Origin: a virus
Taxonomy: Duplodnaviria > Caudoviricetes
IMG/VR virus record: IMGVR_UViG_3300005670_000019
DNA length: 64,000 bases
Reading direction: 5' to 3' (one strand)
In this document: piece by piece, positions 36,774 through 47,037 of the stretch
Layout of the letters: the number at the start of each line of letters is the position of its first letter
How positions within the stretch are numbered: position 1 is the first letter of the stretch
Notes under the pieces: model-generated
What the model was told of the DNA's origin: nothing
The model's database searches: none
What the model saw: only the letters and a program-made list of their open reading frames with translations
Translations under genes and position numbers: made by a program

Positions 36774-36915
36774 GGAATGCCCTGAAAATCTTCAAGTGCT
36801 TGATTTTGTTGGGGTTTTGGGTTGTGATATCGCGAGAAAATTGGCATGCAATTATTGTGCCAATTTCATGTCCCTCATTTGGAGGTGTGTCCAAAAGTAC
36901 ACACTGAACGTTTGT

Positions 36916-37596
36916 TCAGGCGTTTCTTTCAAGCTCCTCCCATTCTTTCTGTAGGTTGTCTTCAGCTTCAGTTGTGTCATTTTTGACACGATCTTTCTTT
37001 ACAAAGTCCAACAAAGATTTACCGTTTCTAAGTTTCAGAAGAGCAACGGGAATTTTCTGTGCTGTTACGACAAAGTCCATGTTGTTTACAATGCTGTAAA
37101 GCGTCATATTGTCAATGAACAATATGTCATCAACTCTAATTGATTCCTTTCCAAGTTTGATTCGGCGCTGCCTTGAATGAATTTTGATCATATCAACGTC
37201 TTCTGAAAACTCGATTGGAAAGATATGATCAACTTCAACACTGCAAAGCTGCACAGAGTTGTCAGGAAGAATAACGAATCCAATCTTTTCATTGCCAGAA
37301 TAATTTACTTGACTTCTCAACATAGAAGACCAAGTGTCAATCAGGAATTGATCATGAAAAGTTGATGGTGGTTCATTGAACCAAATAACAGAATTGAAGT
37401 TGTGGTTTGAAACTGATGGAACTTTTGAGTTGACCCACAATGGACTTTTTGAATGGATCTTTCCATCGATTATTCTAACAATAGAACCATCTGGTATCTC
37501 GAACCCTGTTCTAAGATACCATTTCCATTGTTTATCTTCATGTGTAAGCCAATAGTGCATCTGGTTCACTATATCAGAACTTGAACGGAATTTCAA
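36916..37596 (-). CDS. hypothetical protein
   Basis: 226 aa. Confidence 0.7.
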   Translation of the reverse strand: MKFRSSSDIVNQMHYWLTHEDKQWKWYLRTGFEIPDGSIVRIIDGKIHSKSPLWVNSKVPSVSNHNFNSVIWFNEPPSTFHDQFLIDTWSSMLRSQVNYSGNEKIGFVILPDNSVQLCSVEVDHIFPIEFSEDVDMIKIHSRQRRIKLGKESIRVDDILFIDNMTLYSIVNNMDFVVTAQKIPVALLKLRNGKSLLDFVKKDRVKNDTTEAEDNLQKEWEELERNA

Positions 37597-37602
37597 GAAA
37601 TG

Positions 37603-38598
37603 TCACTTCCAAGGAAGTGCATCATTTCTATCTTGCCAGCTATGAAAGAAGGATTTCAAAGAGTTCGCTCTTTGAAGAACTTTCTTTAGAGTTTTCTTTG
37701 AATACTTATATTCCTTCATCTCTTCAAAGAGAAGTTCCATCTCTTCACCAAACTTACGGAATTCATCCTTCGCTTTGAAAGTCAACTCTTGAGACTGTAA
37801 GTCCATTTGAATAATGATGGAAGAGCCTTCGGCAGGCAGGTTTTCAACACTAAAATCCAATTCTTTTATCTTCTTTGAAAGAAAGTTTTTCACAACTGAT
37901 CGTGGCCAATCATATGAAGCATATGACATTTTATTTTTTAGACTGTTTTGAACATCCAAATTGAATACCATTTGTTTGCCAGCAAACCTGTAATAGGTAT
38001 CATTCGGTTTGTAGTTCAGGATGACGTATAGCTTATTTTCTGCGATAATGCATCTCGATTCGGGTCCAGGGACTAAACTGAATTTTTTCAGAAGGTCCTC
38101 TGTTGGAGGAGTGTTTTGCCAATCAAAACACTTTTCAATTTTCTTTGCACCTGCATCCATTGTTGTGTTTGCAACTTCTGGTATTTTGAATGAAAGTCTT
38201 TCATGAGAACAACCTACAGCAGAGTTCAGTTTTCTTCCAAAGTTTTTGAAGATTTCGAAATCAGGTTCTTCAATATGATATTTTCTAGATTTGAAATCAC
38301 TTAGCTTGGTTGTTTGATTTGTTGTAAGACTACACGTGGCAGTTATTGCCCACTTTGATTTGAAGTTCAAAAGAAGGTACTGTGGAATTTTCTCCACTTC
38401 CTTATCCAGATTTACATTTGGAATAGTGTCTGGATCTAATTGTAGACGCCACCAAAGTTTTTTATTATTTGGAACCTTTGGACCCGCGCCACTAGAGTCA
38501 TAGTGAAATCGGAAGTATTTTGGTGCTGTCCATGTTTCCCCATTTCTCTCCATGGTTTTCCCAAACTTCAAAGTTTTTTTATTCAATCTTCTTTGCAT
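37603..38598 (-). CDS. hypothetical protein
   Basis: 331 aa. Confidence 0.75.
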   Translation of the reverse strand: MQRRLNKKTLKFGKTMERNGETWTAPKYFRFHYDSSGAGPKVPNNKKLWWRLQLDPDTIPNVNLDKEVEKIPQYLLLNFKSKWAITATCSLTTNQTTKLSDFKSRKYHIEEPDFEIFKNFGRKLNSAVGCSHERLSFKIPEVANTTMDAGAKKIEKCFDWQNTPPTEDLLKKFSLVPGPESRCIIAENKLYVILNYKPNDTYYRFAGKQMVFNLDVQNSLKNKMSYASYDWPRSVVKNFLSKKIKELDFSVENLPAEGSSIIIQMDLQSQELTFKAKDEFRKFGEEMELLFEEMKEYKYSKKTLKKVLQRANSLKSFFHSWQDRNDALPWK

Positions 38599-38623
38599 AC
38601 TATTCCTGTCGGTTTATTCTCTT

Positions 38624-38652
38624 ATTTTGACACATGCAGGATTTTCTTTCAA
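38624..38652 (-). promoter_or_regulatory. early promoter
   Basis: TTGAAA-17bp(TGT)-CAAAAT. Confidence 0.6.
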
Positions 38653-38702
38653 TATAACAAAGAAAGAAATCAAAAACATAGAAAGCGATACTTATATTTG
38701 CT

Positions 38703-41700
38703 ATGGCAAATGATAACAACTTTTCTGGAACGAACAAAATTGGTGGAGCAATTAGAACTTCAACATTTGCTATGGCTTTGGATGTTGAAGAAACTGATAA
38801 CTTAGCTGAATTTGAAAGAACTGATTTACAAGATGGTGTGAAAGAAGAACTTGTTAGTCATGCATCTGCTTTGCAAAGTGGCGCAACAGATAATCGTTTC
38901 AAAACAAAGTTTCAAGTTGTAGAAGGCGTTTCGGAAGGTTCCTCATATTCACCCGAAGGTGAAACAGTTCCATTCAATCCAGATGGTTCAGTGACAGGCT
39001 ATGAAACCAAAAGAATGAGTGAAAGTTCTCCTGATGCTGTCAGCTCTTTTGAAAATCTCTCGCGTCCAAAAACGATTGAGATAACTGTAAAGAAGGGCAA
39101 AAGCTCGACTCCAGGGGAGAGTTGGGACAATCTTCTTGCAGATGCGGAACAAGAAAGAGGCAAGTCAAAACTTGGATCTGCCATCGTTCAAAGAATTGCA
39201 GGAAATTCAAACTTCAATCCAAATGATCCGCTCATCAATCCCGATTCCAAACTAAGAGAAAATGAAAGTAACGTTGGTTCTTTCTTTATTCATAGGTCAC
39301 TTGGTGTTCACCTTCCACAGAACTGGCCAGTTCCTCAAGGAGAGGATCCCGGAAAAGTAAACATTGAGACACTCAAATCAATCGGATTGTTGATGATGAT
39401 GAACTCAACGGGTGACTTTTACGTTCCAGATGATCCAAATGATATTCTTCAAGGCATTGCGGCGAAGGCACAATCTTTGGTTCCCGGACAAGCAAGAATT
39501 GGAATGAGAGTTCCAACAAGTAGATTTGGAGGGACGGAAATCCTTGAGCAGATAAGTGATGACTTCAAAAGACCAACAGGCGGAAACATAGACATTGGCA
39601 ATGGCAGAATGTTGTCATATGGTTCCTTCAACAACCCACTCGTTCCTTTCGAAGGTCTTTCACCAACATCAGCACGCGCAGCAGCGACTCTTCTATCTTT
39701 GACAGTTACCGGACTTTTGAAAGCTTATGCTGCTGTCTTCAAAAGAGTTTTCCGACTTCCAATCGTTGCTCTTGGTCAATCTGTTGGACAGGATCGTTCA
39801 AATGGTGGATTGCCAATAAAAGGTGAATGGACCTCATTCTCTCAACACAGAACAACGGATTATGGATCAGGAGAAATCGTTCCATTCATTTTGAAAACAG
39901 AGTTTGATTTTGAAAATGCTCTCAATAGAGGTTTTCAAATCATGTTCAACACGGGAGACAATCCTGCTCAAACTCTCATCAATGCACTTTCAACTGTTGC
40001 AGGAACAGGAGTAATTGCAAGATCAACCGGATACTTTCTTACACTTCTCCGTGAAATTATTAGAAGCACGAATGATATTATCGCATTGGGTCTTCCAGCG
40101 TTTGCTGGAAACGTTAGTGAACTTTTCTCCCGATCGGGTGTTTCAATAGAAAATGTGATTGATCGATTGGCGGGTGACAAACAATCTCCGGATCTTGGAT
40201 TGGCAAACGACATTGCCACATCATTGGTTTCTCTACTTGAAGAAGCTAACAGTACCATTTTTGAAAGTAAGCTAACGAAGATCATCAACATCATTGCAGC
40301 GATCGGAGATATCTCACTTTCAGCGGAACAAGTTGGAGGGAATTCAGTTATTGACGCGATCGATGACCAAGACCCCGCACAACCAGGCTTTCCAAACCTT
40401 GCACAACTTGTTTCAAAAAATAGACTTTCAGACAACGTTTCATTTCGTTCTGGAAGAACTGCTTGGGCAGCTAACAATACACCATCTAAGTTTCTCATTC
40501 CAAATACAATCGTGAACGGTGCAGACCTTTTTGCGAATGGAAGAGAGAACGGTGTTCTTGGTGCCCTAAACTCACTTGGAACAAGTGCTATTTTGACAGA
40601 CAACGGACGTCTTGAAGCGGAAGACATTCAACAGTTTGAAAACGATTTGGATGCTTCATATGTTCCATTCTATTTTCATGACTTACGAACAAATGAAATA
40701 ATCTCATTCCACGCCTTCATTGAAGACATCAGTGATAGTTTCAGGGCAGATATTGTTGAAAATGAAGCTTATGGAAGAATGGGAAAGATCCTTACTCATA
40801 AGAACTTCAATAGAAATCTTTCCCTGTCATTCAAAGTTGTTGCTACCTCAAAAAATGATTTTGATCTTATGTGGTTCAAAATCAACAAACTATTGAGCAT
40901 GATGCAACCTCAATACACAAGAGGACGTTTGTTAGAAAGTGGCAATGAAAAATTCATTCAACCGTTTTCTCAAATCCCTGGAGCTTCGCCGCTTATTCGT
41001 TTGAGAGTCGGAGATTTGATCACAACAAACTTTAGTGATTTTGATTTAGCAAGACAGTTTGGTGTAACTAGTGCAGATTTCAATCCCGGTTCACCACCTA
41101 CTGATCTTCCTGACAATGAAAGATATAACCAAGAATATCAAAGAATTGAAGGAAGAATGAGAAGAGGTGAATGGAATGTTGGAGATAGGGGAATTGTTAC
41201 GCGAGGAACCGTTGTCTCTGATGAAACTTCTTCTTACTCTTTTCCATCATTTGCAGACGCAGAAGTATTGGAGTTGTTGGAAAATCAATTAAAGATTGGT
41301 ATCACTTTACCAGATGGTGCTGTGGCAACCTTTTACATTTCTCCATTTAGTCTTTCAATGAGTCCAGAGTTCATTGCTTCTCAAGCAACTCAAAATGTTT
41401 CACCTTCTGTGGACGGCGAAAGAAATAACCAAAGACAAGAAGCAATGAGCAGGTTCTTTGGAAATGAAAACCCGATTGTTCGATCATTTGCTTCTGTTCG
41501 AGGTCAAGGTCTTCCGGGCATGATTTCAGATTTGAATTTGGATACAAGAAACAGCACATGGGAAATCGATTATGGTTCCAGGGCACCGAAGGTCGTTGGA
41601 ATATCTATAACCTTTGTGCCGGTCTTCGAAATTAATCCGGGTCTAGATGCAGATGGATTTATGCAGGGCGCTGTGTACAATATAGGAAATGTTATGAACG

Positions 41701-41816
41701 GTCTAAAGAAGACTGGGTCGCCTGAACCATGGTCTTCTGAAAGGTATCAATCAATGATTGGTGCTGCGAAGGCAAGTTTGGCACTTTCAAAACGTAGAAG
41801 AGGAACACCTCCATGA
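38703..41816 (+). CDS. large baseplate/tail-tube initiator-like protein
   Basis: C-terminal PFYFHDLR..FHAFIEDISDSF..YGR..RNLSLSFKV..PLIRLRVGD pattern; upstream of LysM-like and hub genes. Confidence 0.65.
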   Translation: MANDNNFSGTNKIGGAIRTSTFAMALDVEETDNLAEFERTDLQDGVKEELVSHASALQSGATDNRFKTKFQVVEGVSEGSSYSPEGETVPFNPDGSVTGYETKRMSESSPDAVSSFENLSRPKTIEITVKKGKSSTPGESWDNLLADAEQERGKSKLGSAIVQRIAGNSNFNPNDPLINPDSKLRENESNVGSFFIHRSLGVHLPQNWPVPQGEDPGKVNIETLKSIGLLMMMNSTGDFYVPDDPNDILQGIAAKAQSLVPGQARIGMRVPTSRFGGTEILEQISDDFKRPTGGNIDIGNGRMLSYGSFNNPLVPFEGLSPTSARAAATLLSLTVTGLLKAYAAVFKRVFRLPIVALGQSVGQDRSNGGLPIKGEWTSFSQHRTTDYGSGEIVPFILKTEFDFENALNRGFQIMFNTGDNPAQTLINALSTVAGTGVIARSTGYFLTLLREIIRSTNDIIALGLPAFAGNVSELFSRSGVSIENVIDRLAGDKQSPDLGLANDIATSLVSLLEEANSTIFESKLTKIINIIAAIGDISLSAEQVGGNSVIDAIDDQDPAQPGFPNLAQLVSKNRLSDNVSFRSGRTAWAANNTPSKFLIPNTIVNGADLFANGRENGVLGALNSLGTSAILTDNGRLEAEDIQQFENDLDASYVPFYFHDLRTNEIISFHAFIEDISDSFRADIVENEAYGRMGKILTHKNFNRNLSLSFKVVATSKNDFDLMWFKINKLLSMMQPQYTRGRLLESGNEKFIQPFSQIPGASPLIRLRVGDLITTNFSDFDLARQFGVTSADFNPGSPPTDLPDNERYNQEYQRIEGRMRRGEWNVGDRGIVTRGTVVSDETSSYSFPSFADAEVLELLENQLKIGITLPDGAVATFYISPFSLSMSPEFIASQATQNVSPSVDGERNNQRQEAMSRFFGNENPIVRSFASVRGQGLPGMISDLNLDTRNSTWEIDYGSRAPKVVGISITFVPVFEINPGLDADGFMQGAVYNIGNVMNGLKKTGSPEPWSSERYQSMIGAAKASLALSKRRRGTPP

Positions 41817-42106
41817 CAATTAAGAGATACGCAAGATCACCTGTTCTAAACTTTGGTTACCAATATGGAACATCAAACGCTTGTCGAATTATTAGTGACG
41901 GTGTAAAAAATGGAAGTATTCGTTATGAAAAAACGTTTTTGAAGGCAGGAGAACGTTTGGATATTTTAGCTGGCAAAATCTATGGTGATGGAAAGCTTTG
42001 GTGGATTTTGGCTGGTGCTTCCAAAATCGGTTGGAGTTGTCAAACTCCGCCAGGAACCGAGATAATCATACCAAACCTCGAAGATGTTGGACGATTATTA
42101 TCTTGA
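41813..42106 (+). CDS. LysM/gpX-like baseplate wedge protein
   Basis: GERLDILAGKIYGDGKLWWILA..PGTEIIIP. Confidence 0.85.
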   Translation: MTIKRYARSPVLNFGYQYGTSNACRIISDGVKNGSIRYEKTFLKAGERLDILAGKIYGDGKLWWILAGASKIGWSCQTPPGTEIIIPNLEDVGRLLS

Positions 42107-42126
42107 GTATCCATTTAGTATCTTTG

Positions 42127-42148
42127 AGTGGAACATAACCAATTAGAG
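42127..42148 (+). repeat. dispersed repeat copy 3
   Basis: AGTGGAACATAACCAATTAGAG, intergenic. Confidence 0.9.
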
Positions 42149-42177
42149 CACAACCACCACCTCGAAGGGGTTCAAAC

Positions 42178-45100
42178 GTGAGCAGTAGAAAAATAATCGA
42201 AGCATCAAACAAGTTAGCAAAGTATTATGGGTTATACACTGCCCGTGACCTTGCTGGCTACATTGCTTTGGACCAAACAACTGGAGTAAATCAAACTGGT
42301 ACAAGTGAATTCAACTTCGGAAATGTTCCTCAATACCTTCAAGAAGTCATTGATTTGATTGTAAACACTGCTGAAGGTGCGCCAGCAACAATTGACATGC
42401 TCAATAAAATTAACGAAGTGATTCAATCAATTCCGGGAGCGAGTCGTGAAGAAGAGGAAAGAAACCTTCGAAGAGCACTTACTATCTTTTATGGGTCTGC
42501 TGATAGTGAGAAGTTTATTCCGGAAAGAATTCAACAGCTTGCAAATGACGACCCAAATCGATATGCTTCAATTGTTGAAATGATAACGCCAGTTGATGTA
42601 AACTCAGACAACCCGGCAGATTTTATCAACCAAACTCTCTCGGCACCTTCAAAGAACAGTCCGACCCTTTCCGTGGTTTATTCAAACTCCAGAAGGGCAA
42701 CACCAAACGTAAAAAATGTCAATCCTTTGGTGATTTTTTTGAATGGAATTCCAGCAACAGAAATGAGTTTAGCAACGCCATTTCTCAACATTCAATTCTT
42801 TCAACCAAGAGGTCCAACAGCAGCGGAACCTCAAAGAAGATTGCAATCAACATCTCTTCTTAGATTTTTGATTGGAGCAGAAAGAACAGATCAATCAGGG
42901 CTTCTATCTTCGCTTGCAGAAGCAAATAGAGTTACAGGCTCTCTCATATCTCCAGATAGAGAAACCGATGTTTATACTCAAACAGGAATGGAGATTTTTA
43001 CTTCACCACAAACTTTGATAAATGCAAATGAACAGAACTTTTCTCCTGATAATCAGGACACAACAACTCTTAGAGCAGTTCCAGTTTTGAACAAGTTTGC
43101 ACCTGCTGCTTCACTAAAGAATTTTTCTGTTGGAATTAAGGGAACGACTGGACTTATGTCATATAAGTCTGGCGAACTTTCTTTTGTAATTCATGACAGA
43201 TCAAGAATGTCAGAGTTTGCAGATTTCATCAAGCCAGATTTATATGGAGGAAGTGAAATCCTGATTGAGTATGGCTATGCTCATCCTCATGCAAACACAA
43301 ATTCGGGTCCAGACAATCCATATGCAGTTCTTTTGAATGAAATGCGTGTGAAAGAAAAATACGGAATTGTAAACTCTTCATTTACTTTTGATGATAGTGG
43401 ACAGGTTGTTGTAACTTTGAAGATTGCTATGAGAGGTGGTATCGAAAGTAGAAGTGAAAACATTGCCGCAGGGGAAGTGTCCGGACCAATCCGCGACCTT
43501 CAAAATATTGCAGAAACAATCTCAACTCTTAGACAGAGAGTTTTCAGAACAACAGAAAACTTGCCACAAAGAGAAATCCGTGGCTTACAGTTCTTGGATC
43601 TAGCACAAGACCAAGCAGCTCAACTAATTCTCAGTTCAGAACTCAAGAAAGAAGCCCGAGAACTAAGAAGATCACTCAGTCAGTCATCTTCTCCAGATGC
43701 TTCTTCTCTTTTGGATGCTTTGACAAGAGTTTTTGGAAGTCTCGACAGATCAAATCAGGTTGACAACTCTGGACTACGTTCTCAGGTGCGCCGCTCGGTA
43801 ACTGACAGCATCAACTCAAAAATTACCAAAATGGCATTGACTCCAGATCCAATGCTTAGAATTCCTTTTGAACTTTATGAGAAACTTGGCGAAAGTCGTG
43901 CCCGTTCAGGTGCTCGCCTCATTGATGAGAGAAATCAAGGACTTACAGAAGAACAAAGAAGAAACGCAAGAGAGTATTTCAACCTCTTTCAGAAGTTGGG
44001 AAGAACAAATGTTACATCAGTTTCTCTTGCAAAACTTCTTCTTACTTTTGTGGGCGATCCAATGGCTCGAACAGGAAAGTTCGATGATGTTCAACTTATT
44101 TTTTATCCGTTCAATGATAAAGCTGGTTTTGCAAAAACCATCAACATTGGAGAATTCCAAGTGGATTTACAGTTCTTTGCTACAGAATACACAAGATATC
44201 GTCTTGAAAATGTAGCTCGTGCTGGAAATGTAAACGTTCGTGACTTCCTTAGATTTGTGGCTGAAACGCTCATTGATGATCCCGCTGCCATCTCATATGG
44301 ACTTATTCAAGGACGTCAACAAAATCTCACACCGATTTGGCGTGATGTTGTTGCTGCAAACAACAGAAACCAATCACCAATCAATGACGCTCCTGTTCAA
44401 AACCAATTGATTGAGGAGGCGTTGAAAGATGTTACTGGTGGCGAGTTTAGAATGCCTCAAGTTGAGTTTTTCCTTGAAGCCGTTCCAAGAAGAGTACAAC
44501 TTACAGAAGGAACAGATCCAGATGAGGGTTCCTCTCAAACTGTTTTGAGAATTCATGTTTATGATAAAACATGTTCTCCTTATTCAACCATCTCTCAAAT
44601 TCTTGAAGCTCAAAGAAATGACCAAATCAACTCCATTCCAGCTTCACCACTTGTTCAAGGTGATACAGAAGTAAGTCAAGAGAATGCTCAACAAGCTTCC
44701 AGAGTTTTGGAACTTGCTGACAACTTCAACCTTCTTGAGAAACTTCAAGAAAGTGTCATTGGTGCAGATGGACAAACAATCACAATAGATCGCTATGTTG
44801 TAAAGGGTGGTCCAACAGCAATCAAGAATTTTTTGTATCGTTCAACTCCATATATCATTTATGGAGCTGCTGGCACAAATGTCATAAAAGCAAATCTGTC
44901 TTCTCAACAAAATGCTCAATTGAGCACAGTAAACATGTTGCGCTCTCTTAGGGCAGATCCATTACAACCAACTGGTGAACAACCAGGCGGTCTGCCTCTT
45001 TCAGTTATTCCAAGCGAAGGAACTTTGGATTTGAATGGGTGTCCATTATTGGAATACACTCAACAGTTCTTCATTGACTTTCAAACAGGAACAAGCATTG

Positions 45101-45288
45101 ATAACATCTATGCGATTACAGATATCAATCATACTTTTGAAGCGGGAACTTTTAGAACTTCAGCGAAGTTCGTCCCACTTGAGGCATATGGAAAGTACAA
45201 TAGTTTGACAGAGAACATCAGAACCGCAATCGGTATTGTTGATCGTTATCAAACAGAAAGACAGCAAACAGAAGGAAATAGAGGTTGA
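42178..45288 (+). CDS. baseplate hub (gp27/gpD-like) protein
   Basis: ILIEYGY; GCPLLEYTQQFFIDF.TGTSIDNIYAITDINHTF..G.F.TS; synteny after LysM gene. Confidence 0.7.
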   Translation: MSSRKIIEASNKLAKYYGLYTARDLAGYIALDQTTGVNQTGTSEFNFGNVPQYLQEVIDLIVNTAEGAPATIDMLNKINEVIQSIPGASREEEERNLRRALTIFYGSADSEKFIPERIQQLANDDPNRYASIVEMITPVDVNSDNPADFINQTLSAPSKNSPTLSVVYSNSRRATPNVKNVNPLVIFLNGIPATEMSLATPFLNIQFFQPRGPTAAEPQRRLQSTSLLRFLIGAERTDQSGLLSSLAEANRVTGSLISPDRETDVYTQTGMEIFTSPQTLINANEQNFSPDNQDTTTLRAVPVLNKFAPAASLKNFSVGIKGTTGLMSYKSGELSFVIHDRSRMSEFADFIKPDLYGGSEILIEYGYAHPHANTNSGPDNPYAVLLNEMRVKEKYGIVNSSFTFDDSGQVVVTLKIAMRGGIESRSENIAAGEVSGPIRDLQNIAETISTLRQRVFRTTENLPQREIRGLQFLDLAQDQAAQLILSSELKKEARELRRSLSQSSSPDASSLLDALTRVFGSLDRSNQVDNSGLRSQVRRSVTDSINSKITKMALTPDPMLRIPFELYEKLGESRARSGARLIDERNQGLTEEQRRNAREYFNLFQKLGRTNVTSVSLAKLLLTFVGDPMARTGKFDDVQLIFYPFNDKAGFAKTINIGEFQVDLQFFATEYTRYRLENVARAGNVNVRDFLRFVAETLIDDPAAISYGLIQGRQQNLTPIWRDVVAANNRNQSPINDAPVQNQLIEEALKDVTGGEFRMPQVEFFLEAVPRRVQLTEGTDPDEGSSQTVLRIHVYDKTCSPYSTISQILEAQRNDQINSIPASPLVQGDTEVSQENAQQASRVLELADNFNLLEKLQESVIGADGQTITIDRYVVKGGPTAIKNFLYRSTPYIIYGAAGTNVIKANLSSQQNAQLSTVNMLRSLRADPLQPTGEQPGGLPLSVIPSEGTLDLNGCPLLEYTQQFFIDFQTGTSIDNIYAITDINHTFEAGTFRTSAKFVPLEAYGKYNSLTENIRTAIGIVDRYQTERQQTEGNRG

Positions 45289-45290
45289 AT

Positions 45291-45515
45291 ATGAGTGAGA
45301 AAGTTTCAATGGGGAAAGAGTATCAAAAAAAAGAAGAGTTGATGCAATCAACTCTATCTCACCTTCGTTCCATTGCTCAAGAACTTGAAACACAACAGGA
45401 CTTGATGTTGGCGGCGCGTGAGTTTCTTTATCTTCAAAGTGGAGAAGAGGCTGACAAAGAAATGATTATGATGACTTTGAGAGCAATACCTTTATCTGTA
45501 TTGAAAGCTCAATAA
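45291..45515 (+). CDS. hypothetical protein
   Basis: GAGGT SD before ATG 45291. Confidence 0.6.
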   Translation: MSEKVSMGKEYQKKEELMQSTLSHLRSIAQELETQQDLMLAAREFLYLQSGEEADKEMIMMTLRAIPLSVLKAQ

Positions 45516-45691
45516 TCAAACTCAAGGCATGAAACCCATATTGCATACAAAAAACTTGCAAGAATAACTGTTATAAAAAGTGAATCATAGAACAAGACAA
45601 CAATCAAAGTCATAAAAGGAACAACAGAAAAGATAATGATTGCTCGAACGATCCATCGCCAAAGAAACTCGAAGATGGCTTCAAAGATCAT
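45509..45691 (-). CDS. small two-TM membrane protein
   Basis: 60 aa hydrophobic, ATGA overlap. Confidence 0.6.
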   Translation of the reverse strand: MIFEAIFEFLWRWIVRAIIIFSVVPFMTLIVVLFYDSLFITVILASFLYAIWVSCLEFDY

Positions 45692-46029
45692 ACTCTCTCT
45701 TTCAGGGTGCCGTCTTCATATTTTGTCTTGTAGTATTCAAACTCCCAAGCTTGCTTGTAGATTGCGTGCATGATTTCGAGAGGAATTGTTCCTTTTAGCA
45801 ATTCTTCCCTTAGTCTCATCCATGAAGTTTCCGGAAGAACAAACCAACCCTCAGGCAAAGGTCCATAATTCTTTCCTGCTGGAGGGTCAATTTTTACAAC
45901 CTTTGGGGCTGTTCCAACACGCATGCCCGGACCGAACTTTGCTTGCATGATCGTAACAGTAGAACCTTCCCAAATAGGAAAAGTTTCAATGCGGGTTGTC
46001 GGTTCCAAATTCAAATCTTTCAAATCCAT
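45688..46029 (-). CDS. hypothetical protein
   Basis: 113 aa. Confidence 0.7.
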   Translation of the reverse strand: MDLKDLNLEPTTRIETFPIWEGSTVTIMQAKFGPGMRVGTAPKVVKIDPPAGKNYGPLPEGWFVLPETSWMRLREELLKGTIPLEIMHAIYKQAWEFEYYKTKYEDGTLKERV

Positions 46030-46035
46030 ATTATC

Positions 46036-46356
46036 CTACTTTCCTATTGAAAAACACAAAAGTCCGTTGATGTAAATGTCGCAAAGTCCAAAGAAGTTTT
46101 CTGACGCATATCCTTGATAATCAAGAATAAATCTTTTCTTGTAGTTTCCAACTTCAATAAGTGCTGCTACAAACGAAGTGTCGAAATGAAACTTTTCCAA
46201 AACAACAAAGCTTCTAGAAGTAAAATATACAACAACCTGAGACTCAAGAAGATCCTTAGCCAAGGTAAATTTGCCATTCTCATGAAGATGAAACTCTAGA
46301 ATGTCTCCCGGATGAAGTTTGTGAATGAGTTTTGTAAAATCGTATGTTGTAAGCAC
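46036..46356 (-). CDS. paralogue family D member
   Basis: KLHPGDILEF...DIYING. Confidence 0.75.
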   Translation of the reverse strand: MLTTYDFTKLIHKLHPGDILEFHLHENGKFTLAKDLLESQVVVYFTSRSFVVLEKFHFDTSFVAALIEVGNYKKRFILDYQGYASENFFGLCDIYINGLLCFSIGK

Positions 46357-46709
46357 TAAACAAATCTCTTTCCATTTACAAAGACGTCAAAATCAAAGTA
46401 GTTTATATCGAGCTTTTCAAACTCTCGCCTACAATGACGAAGCATATCAGCTATCCATCCGACAAATAAAGTGATGGAATGGTCACTTGGATCACGAAAG
46501 GTTATATGATGGTCAGGTCCACGTTCAACTTCTTGAACATACAAGAGAACCCTTTCTATCAGACCCACGGCGTTTTCGTTCATTTCTTTTGTAAAGAAGA
46601 GAGCTCGAAGTGCTTGATTTCCGATCTCTGGACTATAATGAATGTTTACAAACTCAACAACATCCCCAACTTCAAGGAAAGTTTCAAGTCTTTCAAATTT
46701 GTTATTCAT
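46356..46709 (-). CDS. paralogue family D member
   Basis: FLEVGDVVEF...DVFVNG. Confidence 0.75.
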   Translation of the reverse strand: MNNKFERLETFLEVGDVVEFVNIHYSPEIGNQALRALFFTKEMNENAVGLIERVLLYVQEVERGPDHHITFRDPSDHSITLFVGWIADMLRHCRREFEKLDINYFDFDVFVNGKRFV

Positions 46710-47037
46710 GATGTTTTACTTTCATGACCAACATTCCATTGAGGAATACTTTGCAATCTATTGAATATCCGAGAACACGTTGCGAAATGTAATACTGTTC
46801 AAATGTTGAAATTTCTCTTAGATAAATTCTTTTTTCCTCAATATCTTCTACGTAAAAAGTCATTTCATCTGTAATGTCGAGGACGGTCACCACACTAAAA
46901 TCGCGATAAGTGCCTACGTGTTTAGTTTCCAAAACTAAATCACGAAAATTGTTTGGTCTTTCATCATTTTGAGAAAACGAAACAATGTCGCCTGCCTTCA
47001 AGGTTTCAAAGCACCAATTGTAAAGGTCAATGTTCAT
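46702..47037 (-). CDS. paralogue family D member
   Basis: YNWCFETLKAGDIVSF...KVFLNG. Confidence 0.75.
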   Translation of the reverse strand: MNIDLYNWCFETLKAGDIVSFSQNDERPNNFRDLVLETKHVGTYRDFSVVTVLDITDEMTFYVEDIEEKRIYLREISTFEQYYISQRVLGYSIDCKVFLNGMLVMKVKHHE

